Assembly (NCBI GenBank): GCA_016748015.1
Contig: JAAOMT010000590.1
Location: 124,001-188,000, forward strand
DNA length: 64,000 nt
Reading direction: 5' to 3'
Origin: Geosiphon pyriformis uo1
Taxonomy: Eukaryota > Fungi > Glomeromycota
The notes beneath the pieces are model-generated. The model had not been told where the DNA came from. It searched no databases and was given only the letters and a program-made list of their open reading frames with translations. The position numbers and the translations under genes are program-made. Shown piece by piece: positions 26,721 to 39,099 of this stretch (position 1 is its first letter; each line of letters begins with the position of its first letter).

Positions 26721-27749
26721 AATGCATATATAAATACCATAATTTACTGCAAAAAAAACCTGGTTCTGTTATATTTTAATTTTCAATTTGTTGATTTAGA
26801 TTAACTTGTTAAAAAGATATAACACTAAAAATATTACATCACAGATAATTTGGTAAAAAATGCACACTTTAAGCATAAAATTAACTTATTGAAGTTGTAT
26901 AACTTATCAAAAGAGTAAAAAACACCAAAATAAATCTGCCAGAAAAAGCAGAAAAAATTAAACACCAAGTGTTAAAAGTTATTAAATTATTTTAATAGAA
27001 AACTTTCAAATTAGCAAAGTCTTCAAATATTTTTATTAAATAATAGTACCAAATTATGAAAACTTATTTAAAAAAACTATTTATAACTTTTATAAGATGT
27101 AATTTATAGAAAACAGAATATTATTAGTATACCAATTATCAAAATTACAGAATTAGAATATACAAAAATAAATTATATTTTGTTTATATAAATATTATTT
27201 AATTATTTTTAAAAAGACTTAAATTTATTATATAATTATATTTCAATAGAATTAGCTTTTATTTTTTACATCCATAAATGTATTAATTATTTTTTAAAAA
27301 AAAGGGAAATTTAAACTTGGCAAAACAAAATTTATTTAAAAAGGTTTATTAATATTCAAATAAATACTACTTATAACTATTGGAATAAAAATTTATTAAC
27401 AAGTAGAAAAATACACTCGAAAAAATTTTCTATTAATTATTAAAGCAGCCAAAACCAATACACAATTATAAACACTAATTATAATATCAAAAAATCAATT
27501 ATAGTACGTTTATAAAAATAATTATAAGCAATTTCATCTAAAAATTTATTATATTATTATATTTTAAAAAGTATAATACAAATTTTTTTGAAGCTATATT
27601 GTATTTATATACAAAATCAATATTAAAAACAAAAACTATTAATTTATATTTCAAAAAAATTTTAATAAATTTGTTTTATATTTATTAATATTATTATTGT
27701 TTTAATTATTATTACTTTTATCAGATTTCAGTATAGTCAATTGAAAACA

Positions 27750-29120
27750 AAAACCAAAAAAAATTGAAAAAAATTTGATTTTAAATTTCATAGTTGTAAA
27801 AATTAATCAAACAATTTAGAAACTTATTATATTTAATCTTATTGTTTTAGATTCTACTAAACCAATATTCAGAATTGTAATTTTAATTGTTTTTATAAAC
27901 TTATTGATAATTTCAAAAATACTAATTAATAAACCTTATATTTTATTAGTAGTATTAATAATATTTGTATTTATTAAAAAAATTTATGTTTAAACTTGAT
28001 TAAATAATATAAAAAATATAATTGTGATTAACAATTATAATGTTAATTAAATAATACAAAAATTTTTATATTTTTTTCAAAATATTATTAACTTGTAATA
28101 TTACGGTTTAGCAATAAAGTTAACGAATTTTACTATATTTAAAACAGTTTTTTATAGTATTTTAGTAATTTAAATAGTGTTATCAATTACAAAATTAGTT
28201 TAATATTATTAAACAAAAAGATAAAAAAATAATTATTACCTATCTTAAGTATTTTAACTAAAGTTTTTAATATCTTTAATAAGAGTTAACAACAATATAA
28301 TAGCTAAATAATAAAAACTAAAATTTAAGAAAGATTAATATTTGAAAATTAGCAATAATAACTTATTAATTAATTTTTAATCTTATTAGTTTTTAGTATT
28401 ATTTAAAAAACATAATCAATTTTATTTCTAATTAATAAAACTATTTAAGTCTTTAAAAACACAAAATTTTGAAAAACTGTACTTTAAAAGAAAAACTATA
28501 ATTAATAATAATTTTTTTATACATTTTTACTAATACAATTTTATTAAAAATAATTATTAAAAATAATGTCTTAACAGCCATATTTTTTTTAATCTTAATA
28601 AAACTAAATTATTAGTATTATTATTTAGTAAAGTTGTATTAAATTCAAAAAAATTAATTATAAAATTTTATATTAATATTAAACTATTATATAAAACTTA
28701 TTTTATATAATAGTTTAATAAACAATATTATTACCAAGCAGTTTATAAATTAATTAAGTTATAAAGTTAATTATATAATAAATATTTATATCTAAGTATT
28801 AATAAAATTGTTATATTAGCCAAAATATTAATAATAAAAACTATTTAATACCAAGCATTTATTAGTAATAATTAATTGTTAAAAGCCAATATAATACTTA
28901 AGAACTACAGCTTATTATCATGTAAAAGTTCTAACAAATTTGTAATTATTTCAAAACAGCTGTTTTTTAATACTAACTGCTTATTAAATTTGAAAAACCA
29001 GAAAAAAAAACCTATCAAATTTTTTGAATCAATAATAAATACAAAAATTAACTATTAATACCAATATAAAAAAAAAAGCAAAAAAAGAACCAAAACAACA
29101 AAAATATGAGAAAAAACTCT
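27750..29120 (-). mobile_element. Highly decayed retroelement relic, probably LINE ORF1 region
   Basis: Extremely AT-rich with strand-skewed composition like the LINE at 56775-59761. Only faint peptide traces remain, so the assignment is weak. Confidence 0.3.
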
Positions 29121-29278
29121 TTTTAATAAAAACTTATTGCACACTAATCGTAAATAGCTGTAGATAACTTACTTTTATTACAAAATCGTTATATTGAAGT
29201 TTTTAATCAATTAAAAAAACAAAAAAAGTGGAATAGAACTTTATGTTTTATTTGTAAAAAAATTCTACTTAATAAGTA

Positions 29279-30593
29279 CAGTTGCCTCCGAAATTAACGC
29301 CTGATTTTGGTGTAACAAAGTACCCGAACATATACATTTCATTTATCCCCTTGTTATTACTTTTTTGGGCCAAAATTTATTTGTTTACTTTTCCATTATT
29401 TACTCAAACATTACACGAAAAATAATCAGAATAAATATGCCTCGTAATCGCTATTTATTAACTGCTGAAGATAAAGGAAAAATTCTCGCGTATCTCAAAG
29501 AAATGAATGCTGAGCAAATCGCAAAAAAAATGGAGCATGATCCCACAACAATACGAAATTTTATTAGCAAATAGCAAAAGACTGGGAAAATCGAAAATTT
29601 ACCACGATTTGAATGCCCACCAGCTCTCAATAACCAAACAAAAAGTGCTTTTTTATGAAAAGTTAAAAATGAACGACATAAACCACTACAAGAGATTGTT
29701 GATGATTTGAAGCTTAATTGCAGTTTAACAACAGTCTATTGAGTACTTCATAACCATGGCATTCGAGGTTATATTGCAGCAAAAAAGCCTTTTATTTCAG
29801 AAAAACAAACAAAGACACACATTCTTTGATGCAAATAATATCAAAATAAAGACCTTTATTTTTGGAAACAGGTAATTTTTTCAGATGAAACCAGTGTAGA
29901 AATCGGCAAACAATCTTGACAAGTTAAAGTATGGCATCGTATAGGAGAAAGATATAATATTGAATGTTTAACACCTAGCTTCAAAAGTGGTCGACAATTA
30001 ATAATGGCTTGGGAATGCTTTGTTAGAGAGCTTAGAGGTCCATTGACATTTTGTGATGAATACAAAGAAAAAACGGAAAAGATTACAGCAAAAACATATC
30101 TTAAGATTATAGAAACTAATCTTTTACCATTTTTTACTGTTACTCATGATTTAGTAGCAAGAAATTCAATATTTCAACAAGACAATGCTCCTCTTCATAA
30201 TGCTGAAATTACGAAAAAATAGTTCAAAGACAAAAACATTGAGATTATGGATTGACCAGCCAGTTCTTCTGATCTAAACCCCAGAGAAAATGTGTGGAAA
30301 ATAATGAAGGACAATATTCAAAAACATGAAAACTTTCCAAGAACTATAGAGGAACTTAAAAGTGCTCTAAAGAAGAAATAGTCAAGTTTTAATATGTCAG
30401 TTTTGAAACGGGTTGTAGACTCAATGTCACAAAGAATTGAAGCAGTATTGGAAGCAAATGGAGGGCCAACACACTATTAATTATATATATATATAAAAAG
30501 TTATATGTATATAAGTTAGGTTTAAAATAAATTAAATAAACATTTAAAATTATATAAAAAATAAATTCAGGCGTTAATTTCGGAGGTTGACTT
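29279..30593 (+). mobile_element. Tc1/mariner (DD34E) transposon, full length, inactivated
   Basis: TA-flanked TIRs: CAGTTGCCTCCGAAATTAACGCCTGA (29279-29304) and TCAGGCGTTAATTTCGGAGGTTGACTT (30567-30593), with a 20-bp perfect core. Transposase motifs FSDETS, FQQDNAPLH and DLNPRENVW, with 34 residues between the second D and E. Confidence 0.95.
29437..30480 (+). pseudogene. Tc1 transposase, 348 codons in one frame with 9 in-frame stops
   Basis: ATG 29437 to TAA 30478-30480 without frameshift. Internal stops at 29572, 29656, 29740, 29827, 29836, 29917, 30220, 30253 and 30379. The C-terminus SMSQRIEAVLEANGGPTHY is typical of Tc1. Confidence 0.95.
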
Positions 30594-31090
30594 TACATAT
30601 AAAATAACATTTCAAAAAGAGGAGAAACATATAGCAAGTTATGTTAATACACAATTTTAATTTACTTGATACACCAAAGAAATTCCAGAATTACTATTAG
30701 ACATTAGTACCAACACAAAAGAAACAAAAAGAATAATTAGCTAACTTAAACACAAAATTATATAATTATTGTCTGATTCTATGTCATTTTTAATATTGTA
30801 ACAATTGTGAGTTTATTTACAATTTACCATTATGTATTATCTATTTAATTCTAGAACTCAAAAAAGCCAATTAAAAAACAAAAATGAGAATGAAAATTAG
30901 AAACGAATCCTTATTTACATTATTTTAATAAAATATCTATTATTAAAGCATAACTTCAAAATTGGTTTAATATTTAGAAAATCCAAATTAAATTTAATAT
31001 ATTTAGGCTAAGATTTAACAAAACATTAAGACAAAATTGATTAAAAATGATGTATTTATTCTACACACGAAGCCGAATTTGATTTTTGTT

Positions 31091-31115
31091 TGTTGTTGTT
31101 GTTGTTGTTGTTGTT
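31091..31115. repeat. (TGT)n microsatellite
   Basis: Visible tandem TGT/GTT run upstream of the kinase. Confidence 0.9.
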
Positions 31116-31371
31116 ACCCTTGTTGTTCTACAAAGAAATTGAACTTGTTACTTTTTTAGTATTTTGTGTACTGTAGCAAACATATTTAGTATAATTTGTA
31201 GCAAATCACAGTCTGAAGAATAGACTATGTGAACATAGAGAAAACAATATAAATGAGAACTCGCATTTTAGACAAATTATTTTCTAAACATACAATCAAA
31301 TAAAGCTTTAAAGAAACTCTCTTCGAATAATAATTTATTCACTTTTTATCCTTTTATACTTTATTCACATC

Positions 31372-32761
31372 ATGGAAAACAAAGAAATTAATAGAACTCG
31401 TCCATATGATCATGATTGCAACGATTGCGAACGTTGTCAATCGAGTATTCGAAACAAAAGTGTTAATTCATGTAGTGCATGCCAGTTCATATTTTTTGAA
31501 AAACTTTACCGTGACTTTTTAAGTGGCAATAAACTGGTTGATGAAATAATTAAGAATCCAATTTATATTCCACCTGAGAGTAATGATAAAGATGATAGTG
31601 GTAGATTGAATTACTATGAATGGATTCCATGGGAGCGTTTGTCGAATATAAATGAAATTGGTAGGGGAGGGTTAGGTGTAATTTATAAAGCGACCCTAGT
31701 TGATGGATTAATTGATGTAGAAAGTATAAGATGTAATGGTGAATATGAAAGAGAAGTAATAGGTAAAGAAGTAGCAATAAAAATTATGAAAACGAACAGT
31801 TTAGAAGTGTTTAAAGAGGTAAAAAAAAACTATTAATTAATTATTTATATTTATATTTATGTTTATATTTATTTACTATTATTTATTTATTTATATTAAC
31901 TATTAATTATTAATTATTAATTATTATTTATATTTACTTAATTTATCTTTTCTTACACTGTTAATAGTTAAATATTCAAAGAACTATGTTTATGAATAAC
32001 GATGCGTATTTCCACTGTATCTCTTCAATATTGGGGATTACGCAAAACGCTGAAACTTTCGAGTATGGAATTGTGATGGAATTTGCCGAACATGGAAATA
32101 TGCGAAAATATTTATCAACAAATTTTCATTCTACGAGTTGGTCTAATAAATTATTGATCGCGTGGAGAATAGCTTTTGGACTTTCACAAATTCATTCTTC
32201 TGGTATGGTTCATTGTGACCTACACCCGGGCAACATCCTACAATTAGAAACTGTTAAGGTACATATTGGAGACCTCGGATTGAGTCAGCCTAAAAACAAT
32301 GAAGCAACAACAACAGACATAAAAAAAGGAAAATCAACGAAGGAGAAAAAGATATATGGAGTGATTCCATACATTCCACCAGAAGTTTTAAGAGGAGAAA
32401 AGTTTACTTCGGCTGGTGATATTTATAGTTTTGCCATGTTATTATGGGAATTAGCAACAGGAAAGCCTCCTTTTCATGATCGTTCTCATGATAATACTCT
32501 CATATATAATATTGTTTTTAAGGGTATTAGACCTGAAATTACCTCCCCACTTATTCCACCTTGTATTGTCAAAATTATTGTAAATTGTTGGGATGTTAAT
32601 CCTGAGAATCGTCCTAATGCTAGAGAAGTTTTTAGGAAGTTGTTAGAAGTTCGGAAGATGTATTCGAAGTCTATAAAAGAGTCTAAAACTGTAATTATCC
32701 AGTTTTTAGAATCAGAAGAATACGTAAAAGAAATGTTTAAAAACGACTCGACAACAACAGC

Positions 32762-32808
<47 letters not shown>

Positions 32809-33123
32809 CGCCAACGCACATTCATCCAGGAGCAATTTATACAAGTCGTCTTTTAACTTTACAAATGGATGAATTTTCAAAAGGTATTTTTATATTGATT
32901 AATTTATTTATTTATTTAATTATTTAATTATTTAATTATTATAAAGCATATTAAAATTTTATTTTTTTATTTCAATTCAATTTATTTTTAAAAGAATTAC
33001 TCTATTTGCCTAAAGGTAAGAAGTTTTACAAAATTTAGAATATAATTATAGTATATGCAATTTCTGCAATTGATCAATAATACTTATTTTACTTTACTAT
33101 ATATAGATCCAATCGTGATCTGA
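31372..33123 (+). CDS. Tyrosine-kinase-like (TKL) protein kinase, Glomeromycotina-type, ~466 aa, with poly-Thr tract
   Basis: Exons 31372-31818, 31968-32883, 32995-33015 and 33107-33123 (GT-AG) join to 467 codons. Motifs EWIPW, IGRGGLGVIYKA, VAIK, IVMEFAEHGNMR, HCDLHPGNIL, IGDLGL, IYGVIPYIPPE, DIYSFAMLLWELATGKPPF, CWDVNPENRP, HPGAIYTSRLL. The last two micro-exons are less certain. Confidence 0.9.
32751..32810 (+). repeat. (ACA)n coding microsatellite encoding a ~20-residue Thr tract
   Basis: ACAACAACAGCAACA...ACG in frame in kinase exon 2. Confidence 0.95.
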
Positions 33124-33807
33124 CATCATAATTTTTAAAAACTCTATAATGAGATTACTTTCATAAGTTATAAAATAATATTCCAGCCTGTTTTTCTTTC
33201 ATATTCTCTTAACTCTTAAAAATTAGCTATAAATAATTTAGGTAGCTTTAGTAGATAAAGACTTCTTCAAACGAACTTAGTATTGTCTTTTTGCCTAAAT
33301 GAGTATTTTTGAGATCTGTAAATAAGATTATAATAACTGCTTCTTAAATACATTAAGCTGATTCAAAAAACTATGAAACCGAAACGACATATTGAATTTA
33401 CAATTGATTAGCATTTATTAAATAACCTATCACTTACATATTAAGATTTTTCTACTATAAAATTGTTAATCTTTTTCATATGATGTGAGGGGGGAATAAA
33501 ACTTATTACTTCGGTTGGTTGACCTTATACCGTTGAAAAATAAATTTTTAATCCAATCTGGTTTCCAATTATTTTCTTGGTTTATGGAATTTTCTTCCTA
33601 ACTTTTTATTAGTGACATTACCCAGAGGATTTAGGCTAGTCTAATTTTTATGTTTTTTTACAAATATAAATTCGTAAGAATAAAATTATTAAAAATAGAC
33701 CTTAAGTTTTGATTATATTAAAAAATATTAAAAATAATTTATTTTATTTTATTAAAAATTACAACAAAAAATTTCAAAGAAAATAATATACTTAAAAACA
33801 ATTTTAC

Positions 33808-33823
33808 AATAATAATAATAATA

Positions 33824-33855
<32 letters not shown>
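33808..33855. repeat. (AAT)n(TAT)n self-complementary microsatellite
   Basis: An AAT run switches directly into its reverse complement ATT/TAT run. Confidence 0.85.
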
Positions 33856-33856
<1 letters not shown>

Positions 33857-34049
33857 TATTTTTAATTATTCTTAATTATTAATTTTAATGTAATTTTTAT
33901 ATGTTATATAATTACACTTCAAATATATTAGTTTCAATTCATACAATATTGTTTTTTACATTCTCGTTTTTAATTATAATCTAATTTTTATATTTTAACT
34001 ATTATATATGTAATTTTTATTAAAAAAACTCTTAGTTTAATTAATACCA

Positions 34050-34080
<31 letters not shown>

Positions 34081-34650
34081 TGTTGTTTTTGTTGTTTTTT
34101 CTGAATTCATAGCTTAAATATTTTTAATTTTAAAAATCTCTTATTTGAACAGTATTAATTAAAATACCAAAATATTTTTCTTAAATTTTTTATTTCACGT
34201 TTATATTATCAAATATTTTTTCTTTTTGTATTTTCTATTTTGTATTTTGATTAATAAAATTTTATTTCAAAAAATGAATAAATATTTATTATTATTAAAT
34301 TTTTAAATATGTTAAACTAATATATAAAAATTATTAAAAAAAATAAATAAACTAAATCGATAAAAATTGTAATTAGATATATATAAAAATTTCAGTTTTA
34401 AAAAAAACAATTACAAAAATATTTTGAATTATAACTGAGTTACTAAACGAATGCTAAAAAATTAAAAATTATATTTTATAAAATTTGTTAATACAACTTT
34501 TTAAAATATAATGTATTAATTTTTAAATAAGAATTGAATTTGAATCAGATTTAAATTGATAACAGTTTTTTTTATTACTTTTTACAAAATATTAAATTAA
34601 AATTATTTTAATATTTTGCATATTATTAAACAACAAATAAAACAATTAAA

Positions 34651-34698
<48 letters not shown>
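34651..34698. repeat. (AAT)16 microsatellite
   Basis: Perfect AAT run. Confidence 0.9.
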
Positions 34699-35123
34699 CT
34701 AAAGGCAGACTCAAAAAGTTTTAATAAACTAAATTTGAATTTTCGATTCAAGAGATTGATAAATTATTTTAAAAAAGTTGAATAATTTATTTTATAATAA
34801 TAAATCATTTTGAAAAGAAGGACAGCCCGAGATTTCGAAAGTTTAAAAAATTAAAAGGAAACAAAGTTTGATAAAAAAATCTCGTGAAATTGAAGTTCTC
34901 CCGTGTCGCATAATAAAAAGGGGGCAAGTAAAATTTTTTTGTCACGTACCTTTGGTTTTATACCTTTTAAAAACCAAATATTGAACCATCTATTATGGTT
35001 AGTACCCAACTTTTTAAATAGTTATGAACCCTTGCTCAAAATTACTGCCATTAATAACAACTCATTTCAATCTTATTATTAAAAAATTTTAATCCCCTAA
35101 TTCATGCCACAAACAATGCAGAA

Positions 35124-35994
35124 ATGAATCTCCAAGAACCATTTCAAGACTCTCAACCTGATCTGATTCAAAAATCTTTTCATCACAAACCTTTAAAGCT
35201 TGAGTCTGAACAAGTTCAAATCAAGCACGAGATAGATATAAGTACAAATTCGAAAATTAAAAAAGAAGAAGAGGACAAAGAAGAAGAAGAGGAAGAAAAA
35301 GCAAAAGGAGAAGAAGAAGAAGAAGAAGAAGAAGAAGAAGAAGAAAAAGAAAAAGAAGAAAAAGAAGAAGAAAAAGAAAAAGAAGAAAAAGAAGAAGAAA
35401 AAGAAGAAGAAAAAGAAGAAGAAAAAGAAAAAGAAAAAGAAAAAGAGTTTCACGTATTTAACTATTTGTTTTCATCACAGATGAATAATTTTTTCTCGTT
35501 CAATCAAGTTTTCTTTTCCAATAATTTAATCCTAAATTCACCTATAGCCCTCGGCAAAGAAAGTAAAAACCGAGGAGCTATTGCCGGCAAAAAAGAAACG
35601 AGGTCGTCCAGCTAAATGTAATGTTTCTTTTTCTAGCGCTTCTTCGACCTCAACTTCAATGGTTTCTAAGAAACGAGGTCGTCCAAAGAAATCCACCACT
35701 GCTGAATCAATAATCCAAGGCATTATGAGCTTATCAACTCCTGAACCCACCTCTACCAGTAAAATTACTGGTAAAACTTCCGAGGAACAAACTCTTGGTG
35801 GTGCATGGTCTCAAGAAGAAGATGAATATTTGCTTAATAGTATACTTGATGAGGTTAAGCCAGCTTGGTCTCAAATTGTAAAAGGATTACCGAAACGTAA
35901 TACCCCTAGATGTATCATGCGATGGAAGTTATTGAAGAAGAGGTTATTGTTAACTGCTGGTAGTGGTTACGCTGGAAAAGGTGGTAAGAGCTAA
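35124..35994 (+). CDS. Nuclear protein with acidic E/K tract, two AT-hooks and a C-terminal Myb/SANT domain, ~258 aa
   Basis: Exon 1 35124-35453 (donor CAC|GTATTT) and exon 2 35548-35994 (acceptor CCTATAG|) join in phase 0. KKRGRPAK and KKRGRPKK are AT-hooks. WSQEEDEYLL...WSQIVKGLPKRNTPRCIMRW is a Myb repeat with three Trp. Confidence 0.85.
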
Positions 35995-36577
35995 CCGTAA
36001 CGAGTAAACTTTAATTATGTTTATATGAATTTGGGAATTCAATTAATTGGTTTCAACAACAAAAAAAATTTTGAACACCATGGTTAATTTATTTTGGTAT
36101 AAATCAAAGTGAAAACTCGTGACTTCACGCCAATATGAATTGCAATCATAAATAATGATTACAAAATAGAGAAGCAAGATTACTTTTTCAATTTCCTTTA
36201 TCATTATCCCTTGATATTTATACGAAGTTAATTCAAAATAAATTTTTTCGAGATTTTTCATTTTTAATGTCTATTTTGAAAACGATATAAAATTCATCTT
36301 TCAATTCAAACTCAAAACTTTCCTTTCAAAAGAAACCACTCAAGAATAAATAAAATCCAAACCTAATCTCGAATAAAATAAAACCTGAATTGTTTAATAA
36401 CAACGATAACACTCCTTTTACATTACCAACGTTTCATGACACTACAAAACCCATGTTTTCATCATCCTGGAAATAATTCAAAATTCGGTCAAATTCTTCA
36501 AAGAAAATGCAAATCAAAGGTTAAGAATTAAGTTTGGTTGACAATTTTGATTAAGATGAAAAATTTTAATTATTTTC

Positions 36578-36624
36578 TCATCATCATCATCATCATCATC
36601 ATCTGCTGCTGCTGCTGCTGCTGC
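36578..36624. repeat. Compound (CAT)n(CTG)n microsatellite
   Basis: Visible directly; on the minus strand it reads A7D8 in an open frame. Confidence 0.9.
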
Positions 36625-37061
36625 ATATGAACGTTTTCGACGGCTTGGACGGCAAATATCTAATTGATGAAATTCTGAAAGAAATGTAGGCTCCTGTGTG
36701 TGGTTTAAATTTACAAAAGGTTTGAAAAAACGTTGTCGAAATTTTAATTAAAATATATATATTTTGAACAGAAATTAAATATAAACTTTTTTTAATACTT
36801 TGTTAAAGGAGGCATTTATAATAGATACTTCAACTTTTCTATAATTAAAATTTGAATCCGTTGCTCAATTTTTATTATTAAACTTGAGGTACATCTGATT
36901 TGAAAAATTGTGTTCAAGCATCTGGCAAGTCTAATTTCTCTTACGTTAAATATCAAAAGTTATAAAAATACTCAAATAAAATTAAAAAATAAATAAATAT
37001 ATATCAGCTATTTCAGTGATTTAATAATAAACATAAACTCTACTAGACAGATTTTTCTCAA

Positions 37062-37651
37062 TTACAACGCCATTAACATAACAAAAGTTAATGTTGAAAC
37101 TGTTATTCCAAACAAATTACCCGTCGAAGTTCTAATTCCACCCGAACTCTTTTCTTTTCCTTTCGAATTCTCGGTACTATTTTCTCCTGAACCTATTAAA
37201 TTTTCAATAAGGTGCATAACACCATTACTCAATAATAAATCTCCTTTAATTATCTGTGTCCCATTAACCGTTAAATTTCCCCCATTCTTGGGCATTTGAA
37301 TGGTAATGGTAGAATTGTTTAAAGTCTTAAAAGTATTCCCATCTTTTAAATCTGAAGCATATAAGACTTTTGGGACCACGTGTTGAAGAAGAGTGGAACG
37401 GATAAAAGAAGCGTTCAAAGATTTTTCGATGAGTGGTTCTAGAGCTGAGTTTGGTGGAGCGAATATTGTTATACCAGAAGTAAAATCAATTGCTGAGGTT
37501 AGATTGGCTTCGTCAATGAGGTATTGAAGTTGCGAAGGAGCATCTGAATTTTCGGAGAATTGTAGAGGTGGGCTAGGGACTTTAAGTAAAATTAAATTAA
37601 TAGGAAAAATTTAGAGATTATGACGAATTTTTAATAATATCTATACAAAAT

Positions 37652-37685
<34 letters not shown>

Positions 37686-38217
37686 TCAATTACTTACAAT
37701 TATCAATAATATGAACAACACCATTTGAAACCACGTTATCTACTGAGGTAGCGATCCCATCATTGACACCAATCTTTCCATCGAGCGTCTTATTAATTTT
37801 CAAAACCTGTCCAGTGCCATTTGGTAACCAAGCCAGATACTCGGTTAAAAATGTAGGTACGAGCTTCTCTTGTCCAGCATTTAAATCCGTACTTTTTACT
37901 GTCCCGTTAACAATCAAGTATCGGAATCTATTTAATGATTCTGTAGTGTTTCCGATATTAATTTTTGAAAAGAGCCATGTATCATCCGAAGGAGCAAATA
38001 ATGTGAATGGTCCTGGACGATTTAGTAAATCTGTGACTTGTTTGAACGATGAATCGGTGAAATATTCTGCTAGTTTTGAAAGTTTATCGTTTTTTTCAAG
38101 GAATTTTAGAATTGTTGTTGAACCTGTTGAACCAGTGTTCGTATTTTGGGAATAGGATAAAGGAAGTGAAATGAGAAGTTCTGCTAAAAGAACTGTGAAA
38201 AGGGGTTTTAAATGCAT
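37062..38217 (-). CDS. Fasciclin (2x FAS1) cell-surface protein, signal peptide and probable GPI anchor, ~345 aa (paralog A)
   Basis: Exons 38217-37698 and 37579-37062 (phase-1 intron) give 346 codons. FAS1 H1/H2 motifs FTLFAPSDD...SNGVVHIIDN and ITIFAPPNSA...SNGVMHLIENLI. N-terminal signal peptide, Ser-rich stalk and C-terminal hydrophobic tail. Confidence 0.92.
37653..37690. repeat. (TCAA)n intronic microsatellite
   Basis: TCAA tandem run inside the fasciclin A intron. Confidence 0.85.
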
Positions 38218-38829
38218 TTTTCAAATTATTTGTTTTTTTTCTTTCAAAGTTGGGAAATTAATATTTTTTTCTTGATTTAGGTTTATTTGTTTGTTTTGAC
38301 CCTTCAAAGATTTATTTTCTATTTATAAAGAAAAAAAATCTCATTAAGAAAAAAGATTTTCCTAGAAAAATTATAGGTAACCCTCACGGGAAAACTTTAC
38401 AATAAAGTGCAATACAAAAAATTATGCACAAAGAAATTACGTTAAAAAGTTCGGAATATTCAATTTAATAACCAAATTTAAAAAAACTTCTACTTTTTTT
38501 TTCCGGGTAAAAAGCTCTTTTCTTGGTATAACACAATTTTTTAGTTTCGGATTTTTTTACAAAATCAAATGTGCTCATCCTTTAAAAATTGTACAGTATT
38601 AGATAGATAGGTCATAATTATTTTCCGTTGTCGGATGAAAGTTTATATTTTTTCAAAAAAATCGGTTAAACTATTCGAATGACTAAAGTTTTAACTGACT
38701 AGTAGTATAGTATGAACTTCAATAATTTCTTCAGTTGAAAATACTAAAGAACAAAATTAATGTTGTATTTCGATTTTCAAAGATTTAAAAAAAAACTATT
38801 CGTTACTGACAATAATATTAAATAATTTC

Positions 38830-38901
38830 TTCCGCATCGGGGAATTGAACCCCGGCCGTCGCGGTGAAAGCGCGAAATCCTAGCCACTAGACCAATGCGG
38901 A
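38830..38901 (-). tRNA. tRNA-Glu (anticodon TTC), intronless, 72 nt
   Basis: Reverse complement TCCGCATTGGTCTAGTGGCTAGGATTTCGCGCTTTCACCGCGACGGCCGGGGTTCAATTCCCCGATGCGGAA: acceptor stem TCCGCAT/ATGCGGA, anticodon stem TCGCG/CGCGA around CT-TTC-AC, T-loop GTTCAATTCC. Confidence 0.97.
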
Positions 38902-39099
38902 CTTATTTCATGTGAATGAGTAAATTTTTTAAATATTAAATTTTTATTTAAATGACGAATTACCATACAATACCTATTTTTTTTAATGAGCAGTAATTTC
39001 CTCTCATTTGCTTACTTATTTCTAATTCATTGCTAGATTTACTAGGTGAGTTTTCGACAAATTGACCACCATAACTCATTAAGTTATCATTATCATATA

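Noticed and set aside
29437-30480. In-frame stops in an unshifted transposase as evidence for stop-codon reassignment or readthrough
   Set aside because: All three stop codons occur, at inferred Trp, Arg and Gln positions, alongside missense transitions in conserved motifs. Intact genes in the window use the standard code.
32486-32821. Poly-Val ORF on the minus strand
   Set aside because: Antisense shadow of the kinase (ACA)n tract.
35193-35453. Poly-Phe ORF on the minus strand
   Set aside because: Antisense shadow of the GAA/AAA-rich acidic tract of the AT-hook/Myb gene.
36420-36625. Ala-run, acidic run and DDENMGF resembling a 60S acidic ribosomal P protein C-terminus
   Set aside because: It lacks the GLFD terminus and the N-terminal P1/P2 domain, and joining the pieces needs a non-canonical donor.
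37763-38155. 130-aa plus-strand ORF
   Set aside because: Antisense to fasciclin A exon 1, with no motif of its own.
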